Of a DNA stretch of 64,000 bases, positions 59,222 through 64,000 are shown piece after piece. The notes below the pieces were generated by a model that saw only the letters and a list, made by a program, of their open reading frames with translations, did no database searches and was not told the origin of the DNA. This DNA comes from Ginsengibacter sp. (GTDB lineage: Bacteria; Bacteroidota; Bacteroidia; Chitinophagales; Chitinophagaceae), in contig JBDUCQ010000001.1 of assembly GCA_040003385.1 (NCBI GenBank), positions 11,811-75,810 of the forward strand, given 5' to 3'. The position numbers and the translations under genes are program-made. The first letter of the stretch is position 1. Every line of letters begins with the position of its first letter.

Positions 59222-60979
59222 TTATGCTTCAATATCGTTCACCTGGTGACGTACATATTTTGACTTCCGCCACCACTGGTAAATAACTGCAAAGATAAAA
59301 ACAAGAAATACAGGCATCGCAATATCAAACAGCAGCCAGTAAGTTTTTTGCTCATTTACTTTTTTACCATCCAGCAAACGCAATACATAATCTTTGTTCT
59401 TAGCTTCCGACAACCCTGAATTATTCAACAGGTATTCCAGGGAATTTTCAACAAATTCCTTGTTTGAAAATTGGTATTGGTATTGAGTGCCTATTGTAAA
59501 CTGGTTTACACCCATGGGCAAAGGCTGTCCCTGTGATACACCATTCAAGACCAAGTCACCATCAGAAATCACGATCATTTTGTTGTCAGCGATGGATGAC
59601 GTTTGAAATGTTTCTCCATACCTGGCCATGCTGTCAATTACCGAGGCTGGTATCCTGTTTGCATACAGTGAAGTAAATTTTCCCTCCAGTAAAACAGCGG
59701 CCGGGATATTTTTCATTTTAAATGCGGCATCTTCCGGCGCATTACGGTTTTCCTCCCCACTGATCAAAGCAGGAGCGGTAATTGCCCGGCTGTTTGAAGA
59801 TGAGCTGAGCAATATGGTTTTTGTGAGATTCGGTGATTGAACGGTGTCTATGGAATTTACGAACCTTCCGGCTACAAGCCCAATGTTTTTGTTGATTGGA
59901 TGGTTTGACTTTGATTCAAATAAGGGAAAATAGTTCCAGTGTAAGAATTCGAACTGCGCCTGTGCTGAAGCACCTCCATCTCCTGTTTGCCCATTCACTG
60001 CAAAAGGCAGAAAATCGCACTGCAGGTCCATGATAAGATCGGGATTGATGCGCACCCCATATTTAAACAAAAGGTCCTCGAGGTTGAGGTTTCGGTCGTA
60101 GGCAATTACCTGGTTTTTTAGCCTCAGACTGTCTGCCTCTGCATTTAACCTGTCGATACACCAGATGATCTTTCCTCCCCGCATAACGTACTGGTCTATT
60201 TTAAGCTTTTCATCTTCTGTGAATGAGATTGATGGTTTTACGATCACCAGTAATTTGAATGTATCAGGAATGAACGGATGCTTATTAATGTCAAGGCTGA
60301 AAAGCGAATACTCTTTTTTCAGAACATTTTCTACAAGGTCAAATGTGTTTAAGGCACCCGGAATGGGTTCCCCATTTCCGATCGCGTAACCAACCATCGC
60401 TTTATTGGTCTGTGTAATTTTTTCAATTGCATTTGCAAATTTATATTCCAACAGGGCTTCTGCACTGTTCAGTTCCGGTGGTGTAATAAGGATACGTGTT
60501 CCGGGGTACAGACTTACTGCTTCTGTACGGCCCTTGTACTTGACCAATGCTGCCGGGTATACATATTGAGACTGCTCGCCGGATTTCAATTGAACTTTAA
60601 GATTAATCGGGTCTATCCCCAGCGACGCCAGAGTATCAGCATATGTGCGGCTGGTGCCTTCCATTTGTTCATCGGGGCCAATAAAATGATATTGAATTTT
60701 TTCACCTGCTGTTTCTTTAAATTCATACAACAACTCCTCTGTTGAAGATGCAAGTCTTTTGAATCCTGATGGATACTCTCCTTTCAAAAAAACATCGATG
60801 GAAATAACATCATTTATCATTGCCAGCATTCTTTTTACGGGACGGGAAACAGTGAATCTTTTTTCCTTTGTCAGGTCAAAACGAGTATGGATCCTGGCAG
60901 CTGTGAAATTTATGAGCAGCAGGATCAACAATACGGGAAGCCACCACATTTTACCAGCTCTTTTAAATATTGGTGTCAT
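59222..60979 (-). CDS. gldG: Gliding-motility ABC transporter substrate-binding/auxiliary protein GldG
   Basis: RFDLTKEKRFT, LLEYKFANAI, YVMRGGK, ISDGDL, NKEFVEN, R-LD..KV; adjacent to gldF. Confidence 0.9.
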   Translation of the reverse strand: MTPIFKRAGKMWWLPVLLILLLINFTAARIHTRFDLTKEKRFTVSRPVKRMLAMINDVISIDVFLKGEYPSGFKRLASSTEELLYEFKETAGEKIQYHFIGPDEQMEGTSRTYADTLASLGIDPINLKVQLKSGEQSQYVYPAALVKYKGRTEAVSLYPGTRILITPPELNSAEALLEYKFANAIEKITQTNKAMVGYAIGNGEPIPGALNTFDLVENVLKKEYSLFSLDINKHPFIPDTFKLLVIVKPSISFTEDEKLKIDQYVMRGGKIIWCIDRLNAEADSLRLKNQVIAYDRNLNLEDLLFKYGVRINPDLIMDLQCDFLPFAVNGQTGDGGASAQAQFEFLHWNYFPLFESKSNHPINKNIGLVAGRFVNSIDTVQSPNLTKTILLSSSSNSRAITAPALISGEENRNAPEDAAFKMKNIPAAVLLEGKFTSLYANRIPASVIDSMARYGETFQTSSIADNKMIVISDGDLVLNGVSQGQPLPMGVNQFTIGTQYQYQFSNKEFVENSLEYLLNNSGLSEAKNKDYVLRLLDGKKVNEQKTYWLLFDIAMPVFLVFIFAVIYQWWRKSKYVRHQVNDIEA

Positions 60980-60991
60980 TGATTCGTAGGC

Positions 60992-61714
60992 TTATCTTTT
61001 ATTAAGATTTTTTACAGTGGCCAGGAGAAAAAAATAGATGATGCTTAAAAAATAAATTACATCCCTTGTATCCACGACCCCTTTGCTGATGCTACGGTAG
61101 TGAAAATCTATTCCGATCATCTCAATGTAATAATCTGCCCTTCCTTCAAAAACAGGGAGTTTACTGAATGCATTAAATCCGAAATATAAAATGAGACAGG
61201 AAAATGAGCCTGCTAAAAAACCAACCACTGCATTGCTTGTCAATCCAGAAAAACAAATGCTGATTGCAGCGAAAACAGCGGCAAGGAAAACCAGGCCCAT
61301 ATATGAACCTGCAATGCTGCCAGAATCTATTCCGCCGTTGGCAGACAAAGCACTGATGGTAATGATGTAAAGAACAGTCGGCAATAAAGAAAATAATACA
61401 ATGAGCAAAATCGCAATGTATTTACCGAGCACGATCTGCCATTGTGTGAGGGGGCGGGTTTGAAGCAGTTCAAAGGTTCCTGATTTATATTCTTCAGAAA
61501 GTGTTCGCATTGAAATGGCGGGGATCAGAAATAAAAATATCCATGGCGCCAGTTCAAAAAACTTATCAAGAGTTGCATAGCCGAAATCAAAAATATTACT
61601 GTCTTTGAGAATGAATAAAAACAAACCGTTGATCAGCAAAAATAAAATGATGGTGATGTAACCCGTTAGGCTGCTAAAAAACTGGTGAAGCTCTTTTTGA
61701 GTGATTGCAAACAT
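60992..61714 (-). CDS. gldF: Gliding-motility ABC transporter permease GldF
   Basis: KELHQFFSS, FFELAPWIFLFLIPAISMR, EEYKSGTFELL, HYRSISKGVVDTRD. Confidence 0.93.
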   Translation of the reverse strand: MFAITQKELHQFFSSLTGYITIILFLLINGLFLFILKDSNIFDFGYATLDKFFELAPWIFLFLIPAISMRTLSEEYKSGTFELLQTRPLTQWQIVLGKYIAILLIVLFSLLPTVLYIITISALSANGGIDSGSIAGSYMGLVFLAAVFAAISICFSGLTSNAVVGFLAGSFSCLILYFGFNAFSKLPVFEGRADYYIEMIGIDFHYRSISKGVVDTRDVIYFLSIIYFFLLATVKNLNKR

Positions 61715-61828
61715 GATACTTAAATAAGTTGCAATTTAAGTTTAATGTGAAAGATTAATTTTATTAAATAAAATAATGTTTCTTTACACATTGATTTAAA
61801 TACTTACTAACCCTAACTTTATTTTCCA

Positions 61829-62869
61829 ATGACTAAATCTTCACTATTGTGCGGGCTTGCCGTACTGCTAACCTTTCAATCTTTTTCCACTGCAAATTTC
61901 ATTTATCATGAACATACAATGAATACAGTAGGCGGTTCTTGCGGTGTTTTCGTAAGTAACCTCAGTCCAACTTCAGCCGATGCTGTTGTGATACAATTCG
62001 CCATCGACTACCAGGGATTTACAAACCGTGCACGAATTTATTATACAACAGACGGCACCATTCCAACAGGAGACCACGGTACAGGTTTCGGCACAACCCA
62101 GGTGCTAACTGCTGCCTACGTATGTACTTATACAGATGGTTTTGGAGATGTGGTAGACGTAGTTCAGGCCACCATTCCTCCTCAACCTGTAGGTACAACG
62201 GTAAACTACATTGTAAGTGCATGGCACACAGGAGGCGGTCCCAGCGGTCAGCTTGAAATTTTTGGCAACAGCGGAAATGTTTCTGCGTCTACAGGTGCAA
62301 CCGATTTCAGTTTTTCTTTTTCAGCTGCACTTCCATTACAGCTCATTGATTTTGCAGGAAAAAAAATAAATGACAACGTTCAACTCTTATGGACAACCCA
62401 GCAGGAATTGAACCTGGATCATTATGAAATTTACCGCTCCTCCAATGGGGTACAATTTCAAAGCATAGGAACTAAAAAAGCAGTGGGCATTACAACGCTT
62501 ACCAACAGTTATTACTTTACTGATGCAAATACATACAGGGGGAATAATTTTTATAAAATAAAATCAGTAGACAAGGATGGCCACTTTTCTTTTACACACG
62601 TTGTAAAACTTTCATTTGATAACCGTTCGTTTGTTACGATCCATGTTTTTGGAAATATTTTACACATTACCCTGTCATCAACACTAAAAGATAAATATTC
62701 CATTAGATTGGTCAATAACCTGGGTCAGGTTATCCGCTCTTATTCAATTTTACACGATGGGATAAATACGTCGCACGATTTGAATTTACCGACAGGCCTT
62801 TCCAGGAATATATACCATATCATTGTGGATGCAACCGGAATGAAATACAGTCAGTCGATCCTTAATTAA
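61829..62869 (+). CDS. Secreted protein with an LPxxL Ig-like domain and a probable T9SS type-A C-terminal sorting domain
   Basis: Signal peptide; ALPLQLIDF...LLWTT..E...Y.IYRS.NG..F; YYKIK.VD.DG.FS; C-terminal NNLGQ...G...Y.I. Confidence 0.75.
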   Translation: MTKSSLLCGLAVLLTFQSFSTANFIYHEHTMNTVGGSCGVFVSNLSPTSADAVVIQFAIDYQGFTNRARIYYTTDGTIPTGDHGTGFGTTQVLTAAYVCTYTDGFGDVVDVVQATIPPQPVGTTVNYIVSAWHTGGGPSGQLEIFGNSGNVSASTGATDFSFSFSAALPLQLIDFAGKKINDNVQLLWTTQQELNLDHYEIYRSSNGVQFQSIGTKKAVGITTLTNSYYFTDANTYRGNNFYKIKSVDKDGHFSFTHVVKLSFDNRSFVTIHVFGNILHITLSSTLKDKYSIRLVNNLGQVIRSYSILHDGINTSHDLNLPTGLSRNIYHIIVDATGMKYSQSILN

Positions 62870-63036
62870 AACCCGGGTAAAGCAGCGATTTTTCAATGTT
62901 GTTTGTCTTAAGAAAGGCAACACAGTATTAAAATACATATATCATTCAACTTATTTTTAAAAGGTAAACATGGTCACCTGAAGTACCAAAAGCAATCTTC
63001 GAAATTCATAGAAGTACGTTTACCTAAACCGACCGC

Positions 63037-63065
63037 AAAAAAACCCCGCTGAAACGGGGTTTTTT
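63037..63065. terminator. Bidirectional intrinsic terminator
   Basis: AAAAAAACCCCG-CTGAAA-CGGGGTTTTTT. Confidence 0.8.
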
Positions 63066-63155
63066 ATTGAAGTCTTTGTCTGATCCTGTTATTTATTGAA
63101 GAAATTATGCAATTCAGCAATTATTGAGTCTTCTCAGTAATTAAATATTTTTAAC

Positions 63156-63440
63156 ATGAACCAATTAAGGATTTACGTTACCGGCAGTTTGCTGTTTTTT
63201 GCGATGCAGGGTTTTTCTCAATCCGGGAAAATTCCACTGCCGCCCATGCCGCCGCCGCCACAAGCGGCCCCAGCATTGCCACCACTACCTGATGTTCCAC
63301 CGCAAATGCCAACAAGAAAACTGAAGCAGGTATATGCATTCCATAATACCATCCCTTCTGAACCGGCGATGCCCGTTCTGCCACCGCCACCGCCACCTCC
63401 TCCACCACCTCCCCCACCTCCGCTTCCAGAAATAGAATGA
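63156..63440 (+). CDS. Small secreted proline-rich protein
   Basis: Signal-peptide-like N-terminus (…FAMQGFSQ), 13-Pro run encoded by mixed CCN codons, terminator directly downstream. Confidence 0.6.
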   Translation: MNQLRIYVTGSLLFFAMQGFSQSGKIPLPPMPPPPQAAPALPPLPDVPPQMPTRKLKQVYAFHNTIPSEPAMPVLPPPPPPPPPPPPPPLPEIE

Positions 63441-63450
63441 GCATATAAAT

Positions 63451-63481
63451 AAAAAAACCCTGTGTTACTTCACAGGGTTTT
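63451..63481. terminator. Bidirectional terminator between convergent genes
   Basis: AAAAAAACCCTGTG-TTACTT-CACAGGGTTTT. Confidence 0.8.
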
Positions 63482-63498
63482 GAATTCGTTTTTAAAAT

Positions 63499-63828
63499 TT
63501 ATACTGCGAAACTTTCGCCGCACCCACAACTCCGGCTAGCATTCGGGTTACTGAAATAAAAGCCCTTCCCATTCAATCCATCACTAAAATCAAGAGTGGT
63601 ATTTACCAGGTATAAAAAGCTTTTTAAATCTGTCACCACTTTAACACCATTGTCGTCAAATTCCTGGTCCATTGGCTTTTTTTCGTTGTCAAAATCCATT
63701 TTATAGCTTAGCCCAGAGCAACCCCCTCCTACCACACTCACCCTGAGGAAATAATCCTGGTCAGGAAGCTTTGCTTCTTCCATGAGTTTTGAAACCTTCA
63801 CTTTTGCTTTATCGCTTACGTATATCAT
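63499..63828 (-). CDS. iscA: HesB/IscA-family Fe-S cluster assembly protein
   Basis: GGGCSGLSY, GTTLDF-like TTLDF, NPNASRSCGCGESF. Confidence 0.92.
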   Translation of the reverse strand: MIYVSDKAKVKVSKLMEEAKLPDQDYFLRVSVVGGGCSGLSYKMDFDNEKKPMDQEFDDNGVKVVTDLKSFLYLVNTTLDFSDGLNGKGFYFSNPNASRSCGCGESFAV

Positions 63829-63879
63829 ATAACATCACACTTCATCAAATGAAGCATTTTTGTGCTTGTAAAATCTCTA

Positions 63880-64000
63880 TTAATGAACTACGCTTTCCAG
63901 GAATTTTATCTGCTCAAGTCCATTTTTTATACGGTAATCGTTGATAGCCGATTTGATGGCATCTTCTGCGAGAACAGAGCAATGTATCTTAACAGGGGGC
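63880..64000 (-). CDS. iscU: Fe-S scaffold IscU, 3' part (runs off the window)
   Basis: The reverse strand reads PPVKIHCSVLAEDAIKSAINDY...VVH*, the IscU signature. Confidence 0.9.
   Translation of the reverse strand, partial: PPVKIHCSVLAEDAIKSAINDYRIKNGLEQIKFLESVVH

Noticed and set aside
59222-61714. gldF-gldG without adjacent gldA as a novelty
   Set aside because: gldA is commonly unlinked from gldFG in Bacteroidota; ordinary.
1-64000. tRNA, rRNA or riboswitch
   Set aside because: No cloverleaf, rRNA-like segment or recognisable riboswitch consensus seen by eye; tRNAscan-SE/Infernal would be needed to exclude them fully.

Overview
Bacteroidota genomic DNA, most likely Chitinophagaceae-like (gldF/gldG, MurF-Alr fusion, T9SS-type C-terminal domain; the taxon is inferred). 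The first 32.5 kb is one co-oriented + strand cluster. It holds at least 12 tandem, strongly diverged MacB/FtsX-type (type VII) ABC permease genes of about 800 aa (the first is cut by the window edge), then a DUF4097-like beta-repeat protein, one ABC ATPase and one TolC. The array has DNA-level organisation that protein conservation does not explain. All 12 genes carry the invariant octamer AACCCGGT starting exactly 30 nt from the gene end. Several non-adjacent paralogues have near-identical 3' tips. The spacers are built from a shared family of 7-nt repeats, often as inverted arms running from the stop codon to just before the next start. Together this resembles a cassette array homogenised at its junctions, but no recombinase is in the window, so the mechanism is inference. 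The rest is mostly housekeeping or metabolic (tatD, polysaccharide deacetylase, gltX, B12-binding mutase subunit, enoyl-CoA hydratase, two GH29 fucosidases, NlpC/P60, fumC, GH3, lspA, murF-alr, TerC, gldG/gldF, iscA, iscU). There is also a REP-associated tyrosine transposase (RAYT) among several REP families, some nested inside each other, and a small stress/signalling cluster with a PAS histidine kinase carrying an extra C-terminal STAS/SpoIIAA-like domain. I found no rRNA, tRNA or CRISPR array. All family calls come from recognising motifs by eye; no database search was run.
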